Virus record (IMG/VR): IMGVR_UViG_3300021961_000029
Strand: one strand, 5' to 3'
From: an uncultured virus (IMG/VR IMGVR_UViG_3300021961_000029)
Lineage: Duplodnaviria > Heunggongvirae > Uroviricota > Caudoviricetes
Length of the DNA: 64,000 nucleotides
In this document: one piece after another, positions 1-8,972 of the stretch
Layout: each line of letters starts with the position of its first letter
Position numbering within the stretch: the first letter of the stretch is position 1
Notes under the pieces: generated by a model
Databases searched by the model: none
The model's input: the letters and a program-made list of their open reading frames with translations, nothing else
What the model was told of the DNA's origin: nothing
Translations under genes and position numbers: made by a program

Positions 1-3
1 CCA

Positions 4-429
4 TTGACATTGTCTGTAATGAGAAATAAGTTTGGTATGGATGTTATTGATGAACTTACTTATAATGGTATAATGGTTAAGTGTAAGGGTAGCACACCAA
101 CCCCTACAACAGGCACTACAACAACTACAGGTTCAACAATTACACCACCAAAACCAGCTGAACCTACTAAAACTGAACCAACTAAAACTGAACCTGCAAA
201 GGTGGCAAGTGCAACAAAAACAACTTTGAATCGTGAAGGTTGTAAAAACTTGTTTAAGACAATTGATGAAAGAGACCAACAACAAGGTGTTGCAACAGCA
301 TCAAAAACTGAAAGGGAACAATTACAATTCTGTTTACAACAATATAATTTTGGTGTAGGTACAGGAGTTAATAAAATGAAAAGAAGATATGGTTTAACCG
401 CATCAGGTGGTGATAGAGGTATAAAATAA
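4..429 (+). CDS. hypothetical protein, probably the 3' part of a gene starting before the window; Thr/Pro-rich linker
   Basis: ORF at the window edge with TPTPTTGTTT/EPTKT low complexity, in line with the downstream + genes. Confidence 0.6.
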   Translation: MTLSVMRNKFGMDVIDELTYNGIMVKCKGSTPTPTTGTTTTTGSTITPPKPAEPTKTEPTKTEPAKVASATKTTLNREGCKNLFKTIDERDQQQGVATASKTEREQLQFCLQQYNFGVGTGVNKMKRRYGLTASGGDRGIK

Positions 430-435
430 TTAACA

Positions 436-1035
436 ATGGAATTAAGAAAATACATTAACGAAACTTTATTAGAGGAAAGACAAAGAAAATTACATTCGTC
501 CTACGATGAGTTAAATGACATCAGAGATAAAGAGTATTTTCTTGAACGTTACTTTTTCATTACGTCAAATCTTTTGAATGAAGGTTATTCAATTGAAGAA
601 GTTGAATCCGCAATTCAGGGAGTTGAAAATCCACTTTCAAATGTAGATATTGGTAGTAATTTATTAAGTGCCGGTGGTTCTCAAATTAAAGAATATGTGA
701 TTAATGTATTATTAACATATGTTTTTGGTGGGAAAAATCAGGGAATAATAACAACAATATCGGTAGTATTTGCTGATTACGACATAAGAGATATATTATT
801 ACCATTTAAAGACATGTCAAATTGCTCAACTCATATGCCAAAAATGATTGATAGTGTTTTAGAGGCGTTATCAAGATACATAGCTGGTAGTACAATTGGT
901 GTTGATAGAAATAATTACGGACTTGACTTAGGTGGTATCGCTTCGGGATATGCTGGTAACATGTTTGGGGAGGTAATAAGAGATTCAAACATGGGTGAGA
1001 CCATTGCGGACAAACTTTGTAAATTTATTCATTAA
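436..1035 (+). CDS. hypothetical phage protein
   Basis: 199-aa ORF whose stop overlaps the next start (TAATG). Confidence 0.75.
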   Translation: MELRKYINETLLEERQRKLHSSYDELNDIRDKEYFLERYFFITSNLLNEGYSIEEVESAIQGVENPLSNVDIGSNLLSAGGSQIKEYVINVLLTYVFGGKNQGIITTISVVFADYDIRDILLPFKDMSNCSTHMPKMIDSVLEALSRYIAGSTIGVDRNNYGLDLGGIASGYAGNMFGEVIRDSNMGETIADKLCKFIH

Positions 1036-1985
1036 TGAAACTTACTAAAAAACAAATATTAGAAAATAGACAAGTATTAAAAGAGGATACTCTTGAGAAT
1101 ATTTTAATGGTTGCAGGATTTGTCCCTGTTATTGGTGAGATTGCCGATATAATCTTAATTATTAGATACATCTATAAGAAAGAATATATCTATGCTGCAC
1201 TAATGTTAATCGCTTTAATACCAACCGTGGGTGACTTTATTGCGAAACCATTTATTAGAGTGTTAAAGGGTGCTGGTATTGCTGGAAAAACCGCTATGAG
1301 AAGTAGTGATGATTTGGCAAAATATTTGATGCAGAATCCAAGTGCTAAAGAACAATTTTTAAAAATGTCAAAACATTTTGACGACGCAGGGGTTAAACAA
1401 ACAATTAATTCAGTGGGTAGTATTAACAAATCTTGGGCACAAAAAATGTCAGATGGTCTCGGGTCATTAAAAGCAACAGCATCAAAATTAAGACCAGTTC
1501 AAATGACACAAAGAATTGGTAAAGAAATTGCAACTCAACAACCCGCAGGGTATCTTAAAATGATGATGGGTAAAGGACCTGTTGCTACAGGAATGAAAGC
1601 GTTTTTCAGAGATGAAAAATTAGCACAGTATGTTGCAAAAAAAGGCATGGAACCAAGTAATTGGTTAAGTAAATGGTGGAATATCACAAGAGCGGGCAGA
1701 CAATCAAGACGAGATATGTTCAGGTCAATAGTTGCGGCTAGTGAGGTTGCTAAAATGTTTGGTTTACCCGATTTAAGTATGGACCAATTGGATGATATGA
1801 TGAATAACTCTAAATTCAGAGATGCGTTAGCGAATGACCCACAAGTTAGTCAATATATTGCACAGAACACTAACACTGAAGATTTAAGTCAAATTGAATC
1901 TCAAGGACAGGGTTCAGGGTTTAATCCACTTTCGGGCGTAATTGGTATAGGTTTATTAAAAACTTTAGCAAAAAAATACGTATAA
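1035..1985 (+). CDS. hypothetical protein with pre-toxin-TG-like hydrophobic hairpin
   Basis: AGFVPVIGEIAD...LIPTVGDF motif pair near the N-terminus. Confidence 0.6.
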   Translation: MKLTKKQILENRQVLKEDTLENILMVAGFVPVIGEIADIILIIRYIYKKEYIYAALMLIALIPTVGDFIAKPFIRVLKGAGIAGKTAMRSSDDLAKYLMQNPSAKEQFLKMSKHFDDAGVKQTINSVGSINKSWAQKMSDGLGSLKATASKLRPVQMTQRIGKEIATQQPAGYLKMMMGKGPVATGMKAFFRDEKLAQYVAKKGMEPSNWLSKWWNITRAGRQSRRDMFRSIVAASEVAKMFGLPDLSMDQLDDMMNNSKFRDALANDPQVSQYIAQNTNTEDLSQIESQGQGSGFNPLSGVIGIGLLKTLAKKYV

Positions 1986-2082
1986 TTTAAGATTACAAGA
2001 TATTTATAATTAGAGTCAAATGGTTTGGTCGCCATGAGACGATAATTAGACTAAAAAACGAAAGGAGGTATCCACATCTCGG

Positions 2083-2110
2083 CAAGGGAGTCTTAATCGA
2101 CTCCTTTGTT
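2083..2110 (+). terminator. intrinsic terminator
   Basis: ggagtc-ttaatc-gactcc followed by tttgtt. Confidence 0.6.
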
Positions 2111-2171
2111 CGTTATATACCTCCCATTTATTTATCCTTGATAATCAAAATCTCAATTCTTATATTATATC

Positions 2172-2375
2172 ATGGCACTTCCTTGTCCAATGTGTAAAAA
2201 TCCGCTCGGATTAACTTTAGAGTTTATTATCAAACATCCTGTTTCTGCTTGTCCACATTGTAAAACAATTTTGGATTTTACGGTAAATGAAGAGATTAAA
2301 AAAACATATACCGAAGCGATGAATGAAATTGATAAAATCAAAAAACAATATAAAGGTTTGGTCAAATTTGGGTAA
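2172..2375 (+). CDS. small zinc-ribbon protein
   Basis: CPMC...CPHC. Confidence 0.75.
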   Translation: MALPCPMCKNPLGLTLEFIIKHPVSACPHCKTILDFTVNEEIKKTYTEAMNEIDKIKKQYKGLVKFG

Positions 2376-2436
2376 AACGACTTTACCATTACTCGTGATA
2401 TTTATTGTTATATAAATTAACTAAAAAAACAAAATT

Positions 2437-3033
2437 ATGGCAGGAATTGCAGACCAATTTGTAGGTCTTCCTATTGAAGACTTAATCGTGTCCCCAATTG
2501 TCGGTATGGCTAAAGGACAAGCGAAATTAAATGAAGTTACTTGGAGATACATCTCTGAAGTTGCATTTGAAAAAGATAAGGACGGTAACACTACTGCTCG
2601 TTCATTAGACGTTGAAATGAATAGAGTTGTAACAAACGGTGAAACAGGTCAACAAGAAATTCAAAAATTATACAATAAAGTTCCAATGTTACCATTGGTG
2701 CCACTTCCAGCTTTAGCGATTACTTCTGCTGATATTGGGTTTACAATGGAAGTTAAAACTTCAGAAACATCTCAAGAGAGTTCTGATAGTGAATCATCAT
2801 ATTCAGCAACAGCATCAGCTAGTTGGTGGGGTATGAAATTCTCAGCAACTGTTGCAGGTAAAGTCGCTACACATAAGGAAAATACAAGAAGTACGGATAA
2901 CTCAGCTAAATATGAAGTTAAAGTTCATGCTGAACAATTACCACCAACTGAAGGTATGTTAAAGTTGTCTGATTATCTTACTCAGATGTTAGAACCATCT
3001 TTGATTCCTTTGACCGCAGACCCAAGTAAATAA
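2437..3033 (+). CDS. DUF2589-like protein
   Basis: N-terminal FxGLPxEDLIxxP, VPMLPLVPLPALAI and C-terminal STDNSAKYEVKVHA motifs recalled for this family. Confidence 0.7.
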   Translation: MAGIADQFVGLPIEDLIVSPIVGMAKGQAKLNEVTWRYISEVAFEKDKDGNTTARSLDVEMNRVVTNGETGQQEIQKLYNKVPMLPLVPLPALAITSADIGFTMEVKTSETSQESSDSESSYSATASASWWGMKFSATVAGKVATHKENTRSTDNSAKYEVKVHAEQLPPTEGMLKLSDYLTQMLEPSLIPLTADPSK

Positions 3034-3088
3034 GATATTTGATTTTGTCAAAAAATTGTGTTATATTTAATTAACATAATTTTTAAGA

Positions 3089-3577
3089 ATGTCAAAATTA
3101 AATATTGAAGAACTTATTGGTGGTCTTTTAGAAGCGGCTATGGTTGCTCAAAGTATTAGTGAAAGACAACACATTGATAATTTAAAAAATTATTTCAATG
3201 AGGATGGTACACCAATAACAACAACTTTTAAAGTTGGGGAAAAAGAAATAGTGGTTCCTTATTATATTTTAGCGGACCACTCTTCAATTGGATTAAATGA
3301 ATTGGATGTTGAATTTGACGCCAGACTTCTTTTTGATGATGATTCATGTGACGTATCTAATTTAAAAAAATCACTTTTAGGGATTTTTAAGAAAAAAGAT
3401 TATAAACACAATATCAGAGGAATAAAAGTTGATTCGGGTAAAAATATTGACGACTATGGAATGGCTAAGATTAAAGTTAAATTTAAATCAGATGACAAAC
3501 CTGAAGCGGTCAGTAGAATTATAGATGGTTACATTCAAAATATGTCTGAACCAAACATAAATCCAACAAAACAATAA
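3089..3577 (+). CDS. second, divergent DUF2589-like protein
   Basis: LIGGLLEAAMVAQ...VPYYILADHSSIGL pattern, tandem with the previous gene. Confidence 0.55.
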   Translation: MSKLNIEELIGGLLEAAMVAQSISERQHIDNLKNYFNEDGTPITTTFKVGEKEIVVPYYILADHSSIGLNELDVEFDARLLFDDDSCDVSNLKKSLLGIFKKKDYKHNIRGIKVDSGKNIDDYGMAKIKVKFKSDDKPEAVSRIIDGYIQNMSEPNINPTKQ

Positions 3578-3579
3578 AA

Positions 3580-3604
3580 AAGGGGACCTTTTAAGGGTCC
3601 CCTT
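3580..3604. terminator. bidirectional terminator between the DUF2589 genes and tmRNA
   Basis: aaggggacc/ggtcccctt stem with an A-tract on the left and a T-rich tail on the right. Confidence 0.75.
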
Positions 3605-3610
3605 CTTATT

Positions 3611-4007
3611 TGGTGGAGGTGGCGGGTTTCGAACCCGCGTCTTGCTCATCATACCATAAATGGACTACACGTTTATTTGGTTATTCACAACCAACAAATA
3701 TTTGATTTCATATACAGAAAAACAACAAACCTGTTCCTGACTATAATTTAAAGAGACAATCAGGCCATTCTCCTAACACTCTAAGTGGTATTACACTGTA
3801 AGGACTTCTGTTCCAAGGTTATGTGTCCATCGACCCGTTAGTTACTACCGATTAGGCAGCAACTTTAGAAGTTGCAAGAAGACCTGCTACTTCCATGTTG
3901 TTGTAAACGTTGCCGTTTGAATTTTTCCACCGTAGATTTAAGTCGTAGATGAAGTCCGACTACGTGCCCATTTAGAATATCAATGCCAATCAATTCCATA
4001 CACCCCC
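3611..4007 (-). ncRNA. ssrA: tmRNA (397 nt); tag reading frame 3914-3852 encodes GNVYNNMEVAGLLATSKVAA*
   Basis: 5' GGGGGTG pairs with 3' CACCTCC-ACCA including a G3-U wobble; T-arm GCGGGTTCGAAACCCGC; internal ORF ends AA-stop. Confidence 0.93.
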
Positions 4008-4025
4008 ATAAATCAAAGAACGAAA

Positions 4026-4033
4026 CAAAGATA
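4026..4033 (-). promoter_or_regulatory. Bacteroidota-type -7 promoter element for tmRNA
   Basis: TATCTTTG matches TAnnTTTG, 18 nt upstream of the mature 5' end. Confidence 0.6.
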
Positions 4034-4034
4034 A

Positions 4035-4754
4035 TTAATTTTCTTCGTCTACGTATGTAATTGTAAAATTACCATTATTTTCTGTTAAATCAAAAACTAA
4101 TGGTTTATTAGTTGGTTTATATCTTTCAGTACAAATTGATGCGTTTGCGAAAGTGATACCGTCTACCTCAACACCACCATAAGCACCGTGTATATGTCCA
4201 AAAACATGTAATAACGGTCTTATTTCAAAAACCCTACTTCTCAGTAACTCACATCCCACTTGTAAATTTGTGGGAGTAAAGTCTCTAATACCGTGTGGAG
4301 GTCCATGGGTGATTAAGATATCTGTATTATCAGGTATGTCCGCCCATCTTGATGCTAAAACCTCACCATTTCTCGGTAAGTTAAATGCCCAATCATAAAA
4401 TTCAGGTTGCCATGGACTACCGTATATTTTTATCGGTCTCGAAAATTCGGAACTTACAATCTCTAATTCACCGTCTTCCAAATATGTTACATTGTGTTCT
4501 GTTAAAATATTTGGGTCAATGTAGAGATTTAACCATGAAGGTTCTCTTTCAAATGCAAAATCATGATTTCCCGCAATAAAAATTTTATAACTAAATCCCT
4601 GAATATTTTGGAACCAAGTAATAAACTCACGAACATCATTTTCTTCACCAATATTTGTACAATCACCAGAATGTATTAATATATCACCATTCGGTATGTC
4701 ATGTGACATATACGGATGCAAAGAGTGGGTATCGGATATACAAACTATTCTCAT
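4035..4754 (-). CDS. calcineurin-like metallophosphoesterase
   Basis: ISDTH, HSGD, AGNHD, ITHGPP and FGHIH motifs. Confidence 0.92.
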   Translation of the reverse strand: MRIVCISDTHSLHPYMSHDIPNGDILIHSGDCTNIGEENDVREFITWFQNIQGFSYKIFIAGNHDFAFEREPSWLNLYIDPNILTEHNVTYLEDGELEIVSSEFSRPIKIYGSPWQPEFYDWAFNLPRNGEVLASRWADIPDNTDILITHGPPHGIRDFTPTNLQVGCELLRSRVFEIRPLLHVFGHIHGAYGGVEVDGITFANASICTERYKPTNKPLVFDLTENNGNFTITYVDEEN

Positions 4755-4787
4755 ATATTGTAAATATATATAAATTATTTTATTTAA

Positions 4788-4813
4788 AAAAGGGGTTAGT
4801 TGCCCAACCCCTT
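4788..4813 (-). terminator. intrinsic terminator
   Basis: aaggggtt/aacccctt stem followed by a U-tract on the minus strand. Confidence 0.7.
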
Positions 4814-4876
4814 AACAGGACGACCGGTTTTTCGGTACGACTCCACCACTTGATTTTACTAAACCAAGAAAAGTTT

Positions 4877-5326
4877 TTACTTAGAACTCAATAATTTTTC
4901 AATTGCCTCTAATTCCATTTGTGCTTTTAATTCGGGTGAAATAATTGCATTCAAACGAGATTCTAATTCGGCGAGTTCTTTACGTTTTTCTTGAATTGAA
5001 ATTTGATTTACTCGAGTTTGGAAATCATCTTTCCATTCTTCTACGGTAAATCCTAACCAAGTGAAGTTGTAATCAACTCCAAGCTCTTTTGCTGCACTTT
5101 CAGATTTATCACGTCTTTCCATCAAGAAAGCGTACATTTCTACAAGTTTACGAACATCAGTTACTAATGGAATTGATGTTCTGTCGTGTGCAGAATTTGC
5201 TGAAAATCCGAAATTACAACTTGTTTTCCAACAAGGTCTTTCCGCCTTTTCAATTGCTAATTTTTTTTCTTGTACGAGGTCAAACAGTTGTTTAACTTTT
5301 TCGTCGGTTGTTGTTTTTGTTGCCAT
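4877..5326 (-). CDS. hypothetical coiled-coil protein downstream of the RNA repeat array
   Basis: 149-aa ORF with an A-rich leader. Confidence 0.75.
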   Translation of the reverse strand: MATKTTTDEKVKQLFDLVQEKKLAIEKAERPCWKTSCNFGFSANSAHDRTSIPLVTDVRKLVEMYAFLMERRDKSESAAKELGVDYNFTWLGFTVEEWKDDFQTRVNQISIQEKRKELAELESRLNAIISPELKAQMELEAIEKLLSSK

Positions 5327-5354
5327 AATTGTTGTTTTAAATGTTGTTTTTAAA

Positions 5355-5754
5355 AATGGGAATTGTGTTAGTATCGTTGGTTTGATAATCAGTCAAAGTT
5401 AGAAGTAACTAATCACATAGCCATTAAGATTTTTAAAGTGGAAAGACTACAACTAATTTTTATTTTATCTGATATAATATAGAAGTAAGTTGGTAGATAG
5501 CCACTTAAGATGGTAGACGGAAAGGGTACAAGTGTGATAACATCCAATTGTTTAGCTAGAAGTAACTTAGTACATAGCCGTCAAAGAAGTTTATGTGGAG
5601 ATTGTGTGTCTAACGATGTATCTGATAGTTGTATGTTAGAAGTAAGACGTTTGCATTGATACTTTTGTCACCGCTAAGGCCCAAAACAGAACCACCTCGT
5701 GGTTTGGTGTGATGGGCAGTTGACTATCCTCTCAATGGCTCACATAGCCACATA
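5355..5754 (-). ncRNA. array of four structured RNA repeats (Y-RNA-like candidates): 5355-5425, 5436-5506, 5516-5582, 5592-5754
   Basis: each unit has conserved GGCUAU and UACUUCUA plus three stems whose sequences differ but stay complementary. Confidence 0.75.
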
Positions 5755-5782
5755 TAGTATTTCAAAGAACTGATGGGTGGGT

Positions 5783-7855
5783 TTAGACACCCATCAATTT
5801 ACCTGTCTCTTCATAAGAGTAACAGAAGTCCTCGTACTTAAAATGTACGTCGACATTTTCATCAAGAGTAACTTGTTTTCCTCGACCTTCTACGTGTAGA
5901 AGAATAAGGTCATAAACACTTACTTTTGGTAATTCCGCGTATTGTTGAATTACTTTCAGTGTGTTTTTGAAGTCACCTCTCGCGGTAACGAAACCTGATG
6001 AATCAACATCCAACATGATGTACTCCTTAGTTTCAAGGTCAATAATAGAAATCAATGTGTTTGACGACGCCGATTCCAATGATTGACAATTTGAAATTGT
6101 TTCAGGTAACCATGTTTTGTTTGATTCAGGATGTTCTCGTTCCATGATACCAAAAGATGTTTCAAGTGAACTCAAAGTACCACCATTGAAGTTTCTCACG
6201 TCAATAACGGCGTATTTGAATCCTTGTTTTAACGCATCTTGGATATCGATGTCGATGTACTCGGCACAAGGACCCTGTCTATGTCTCACGTCCCCTGAGT
6301 GACAAGATTTACCAACTCTCAAGTTACTGAAAGATAATACTTCTGACACTTTTTCACCAACAAACGTAACACTTAAATCCAAGTCTTCGCTACCACGTTT
6401 ATCCATCCAATGAACAAACGGTCTGATAACTTTTGCATCAGGGTTTTCAAGTGGAACTCTTTGACCTCTGATTGTTGGTTTAGTTGAGAAGTTCATACTT
6501 CTCATGTTGGTTGGTAAAGGAATTTTTTTCAATTCCTCATCAATCCAACAGTTACCTAAAGATTCCATTACCGAAAACTTATCTCTAAGTGTTTCAAATA
6601 ATTTAGAGTGGATGGTTTCCACAATTTCTTTAGGGATTGCTGGTAGTGATGGTAACGTGGTACGTTTTCTCGCTCCTTTAATCATAATAGACCTATTATC
6701 TACAGGTTCAGTACGATTTTCAAAGTGAGTGTAAACCTCAAACAATACTTTGTTTGATGTACCTTTTACCACTTCCCCGAAGAACTTCATAATTAGTTCG
6801 ATATCTTTTGGATATGTACGAACCAACCAATCCATTCTACGAGAGAATTCACCGGGTCTTTGAGACAATACTCTCAAACCATTCTCTAACCCTTTATTGA
6901 AACCTTCATTAACAAGTGCGAACCAAGATTTTACTTTCTCGTTTCGGATTTTGTTGAAGGCCTCGAAAGACTTAGGGAATTGGTTTTTATATTCACCGGG
7001 GTGTAATATTTCACCTAAACGAACCCAACGTTGGTCTCTTAAAACCATTTCACGTGGGTCGCAGTTTGTGTTCTCAAGTAAACCCAAGATGTATTTTCTT
7101 TCTTTACGAGAGAATTTCTTGAATTTAAACTTTTCTCTTTCGGGATTTGTAATCCTTTGAGTAGTCCATCTGTTTGCTCTAATTTCCTTTTCAGGAACTT
7201 TTGGTAAACTGATATCACCACCTGAAAGATGAACGGCGATTCTTAACACATCGGTTGAAGTCTTAACTGGTAATCCCGCGATTCCCATGGCCGCCAATGT
7301 ACACAAGTTCTCTTTAAAGGGAATTGTGTCAGGGAAGACCAATGTTTCACCACTCTCAACAAACCATTTAACAATCTCAAGGTCTTGAGGAGTTAATGAT
7401 GTGTTTATTGACACTAAATCAGTGAAAATTTTTGAGAATCTTTCCGAAGTACCATACTTAATCAAGTTGTATTTGATTTTTTCAAACTTGATTTCTTTCT
7501 CATAAGTATGGGTGGATGGTTCCCATTGACCGTTACTCCAATAGTGCATGATTGCGTTCATGTACAATTCGAAGTCGGACATAACCATTACTTCTTGTGG
7601 GAAATTTTTATATAAAGGTTGGTAATTACGATTACCCCCCATTACATTTTTCAAATGATTCAACACTTCGTCATTGAAGTTTTGAATAAACGATAAATCT
7701 GATTTGGATAATGCGAAGAAAGCGTCTTCGTCTAACATGTAACCCCATTGCATTAGGTGGGATTGTACGGTTGCTACGGCGATTCTGTTATCTTGACCGT
7801 CGTTTGGTGAACACACCAAATTCTTTTGAAATGCAACTAAATTTCTTGTTGTCAT
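5783..7855 (-). CDS. large helical protein with C-terminal TerD-like domain (candidate ROT/TROVE-TerD RNA-binding protein)
   Basis: C-terminal DLDLS...HSGD...AEYIDID TerD-like motifs; N-terminal PLYKNFP and RPGEFSRR motifs. Confidence 0.7.
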   Translation of the reverse strand: MTTRNLVAFQKNLVCSPNDGQDNRIAVATVQSHLMQWGYMLDEDAFFALSKSDLSFIQNFNDEVLNHLKNVMGGNRNYQPLYKNFPQEVMVMSDFELYMNAIMHYWSNGQWEPSTHTYEKEIKFEKIKYNLIKYGTSERFSKIFTDLVSINTSLTPQDLEIVKWFVESGETLVFPDTIPFKENLCTLAAMGIAGLPVKTSTDVLRIAVHLSGGDISLPKVPEKEIRANRWTTQRITNPEREKFKFKKFSRKERKYILGLLENTNCDPREMVLRDQRWVRLGEILHPGEYKNQFPKSFEAFNKIRNEKVKSWFALVNEGFNKGLENGLRVLSQRPGEFSRRMDWLVRTYPKDIELIMKFFGEVVKGTSNKVLFEVYTHFENRTEPVDNRSIMIKGARKRTTLPSLPAIPKEIVETIHSKLFETLRDKFSVMESLGNCWIDEELKKIPLPTNMRSMNFSTKPTIRGQRVPLENPDAKVIRPFVHWMDKRGSEDLDLSVTFVGEKVSEVLSFSNLRVGKSCHSGDVRHRQGPCAEYIDIDIQDALKQGFKYAVIDVRNFNGGTLSSLETSFGIMEREHPESNKTWLPETISNCQSLESASSNTLISIIDLETKEYIMLDVDSSGFVTARGDFKNTLKVIQQYAELPKVSVYDLILLHVEGRGKQVTLDENVDVHFKYEDFCYSYEETGKLMGV

Positions 7856-7893
7856 ATATGTCGTATTAAATGTTGTAATTTATTGTAGTGGTA

Positions 7894-7901
7894 CAAAGGT
7901 A
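7894..7901 (-). promoter_or_regulatory. Bacteroidota-type -7 promoter element
   Basis: TACCTTTG 38 nt upstream of the 690-aa gene. Confidence 0.55.
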
Positions 7902-7952
7902 AGAAACTTTTTTTAAAAAACAAGCCCTTTCAAAAAAAAAAATAAAAAAAAT

Positions 7953-8414
7953 TTAAATTCTCACCAAATGGTTTGCACTGTAAGTCACCATAGCACCTGC
8001 GTGTTTGTATCTTACCTTGTATCCCATACCCTCAACCAAACCAACCGCTTGTCTTAAAACTTTGTTTGATTTATATCTTGGGTCAGGATTTAAGTCTATA
8101 TCAATCCATGTGGCTTTTGGTAAACCATTATTTCTCAAATGTTCAGCAACTTCAACAGCTTTCCAAACTTCGGTCATTAATCTACTTGATGTATCTTTTT
8201 CAAATGGTGTAACGTCTTTAGTACATAATACGTGTGCACCCTTACCTGTTGTGTAAAGTGCAATAACCACTCCATAAACCGTTTTTGAATTACTAAATGA
8301 TTGTGAATCCGAACCAATTAATATCTCAACATCAGTTTTATCCACCAAATAATCTTTGATGTAACCAATAACGTCAGTTATGGGTGTTCCGTACAATGTT
8401 CTAAATTTTGTCAT
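7953..8414 (-). CDS. RNase H-like YkuK/DUF458 family protein
   Basis: ILIGSDSQ, RLMTEV, IDIDLN and ANHL motifs. Confidence 0.8.
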   Translation of the reverse strand: MTKFRTLYGTPITDVIGYIKDYLVDKTDVEILIGSDSQSFSNSKTVYGVVIALYTTGKGAHVLCTKDVTPFEKDTSSRLMTEVWKAVEVAEHLRNNGLPKATWIDIDLNPDPRYKSNKVLRQAVGLVEGMGYKVRYKHAGAMVTYSANHLVRI

Positions 8415-8445
8415 ATTACATATTATTCTAGTTATAAGTATTTTG

Positions 8446-8533
8446 CGGAAAGTGAGGGGCTCGAACCCTCGCGCCGATTACTCGACCTAACGGTTTAGCA
8501 AACCGTCCCCTTCACCAACTTGGGTAACTTTCC
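8446..8533 (-). tRNA. tRNA-Ser(GCT)
   Basis: acggt-TT GCT AA-accgt, long variable arm. Confidence 0.95.
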
Positions 8534-8571
8534 TCTCGACATATTGGTTTTTTTATGATTTAAAAATTTTG

Positions 8572-8642
8572 TTGTCCCGCAAGGATTCGAACCTCAATTC
8601 TCTGGACCAAAACCAGATGTGCTGCCGTTACACCACAGGACA
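8572..8642 (-). tRNA. tRNA-Gln(TTG)
   Basis: tctgg-TT TTG GT-ccaga. Confidence 0.95.
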
Positions 8643-8695
8643 ATAATAACAAATAGATTCTCACTAACCCGATTTAGTAGTCTCTATAATGATTG

Positions 8696-8767
8696 AGCGA
8701 ATAGCCGGAATCGAACCGACATCTCCTACTTGGAAGGAAGGAGTAATGACCATTATACGATATTCGC
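8696..8767 (-). tRNA. tRNA-Gly(TCC)
   Basis: loop CT TCC AA; GCGAATA/TATTCGC acceptor. Confidence 0.93.
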
Positions 8768-8836
8768 AAAAAGTAAACCCGGGCCCAACAAGCCGTTGTC
8801 GTACCAACGGAAGGGCCCTTTTTAAGGTTTACTTAG

Positions 8837-8909
8837 AGCGGAAAACGAGACTCGAACTCGCGACCCTCACCTTGGCAAGGTGATGCTCTACCAACTGAGC
8901 TATTTCCGC
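8837..8909 (-). tRNA. tRNA-Gly(GCC)
   Basis: tcacc-TT GCC AA-ggtga. Confidence 0.96.
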
Positions 8910-8972
8910 GGGAGTAGCCTTCCCATAACGGAGACTCATAGGTGAGTTTTGGAGTTAAGGGTACGACTACAT

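Noticed and set aside
5355..5754. CRISPR array reading of the ~80-nt periodic repeats
   Set aside because: Only short motifs are conserved and the rest covaries as stems; there are no identical direct repeats and no cas genes in the window
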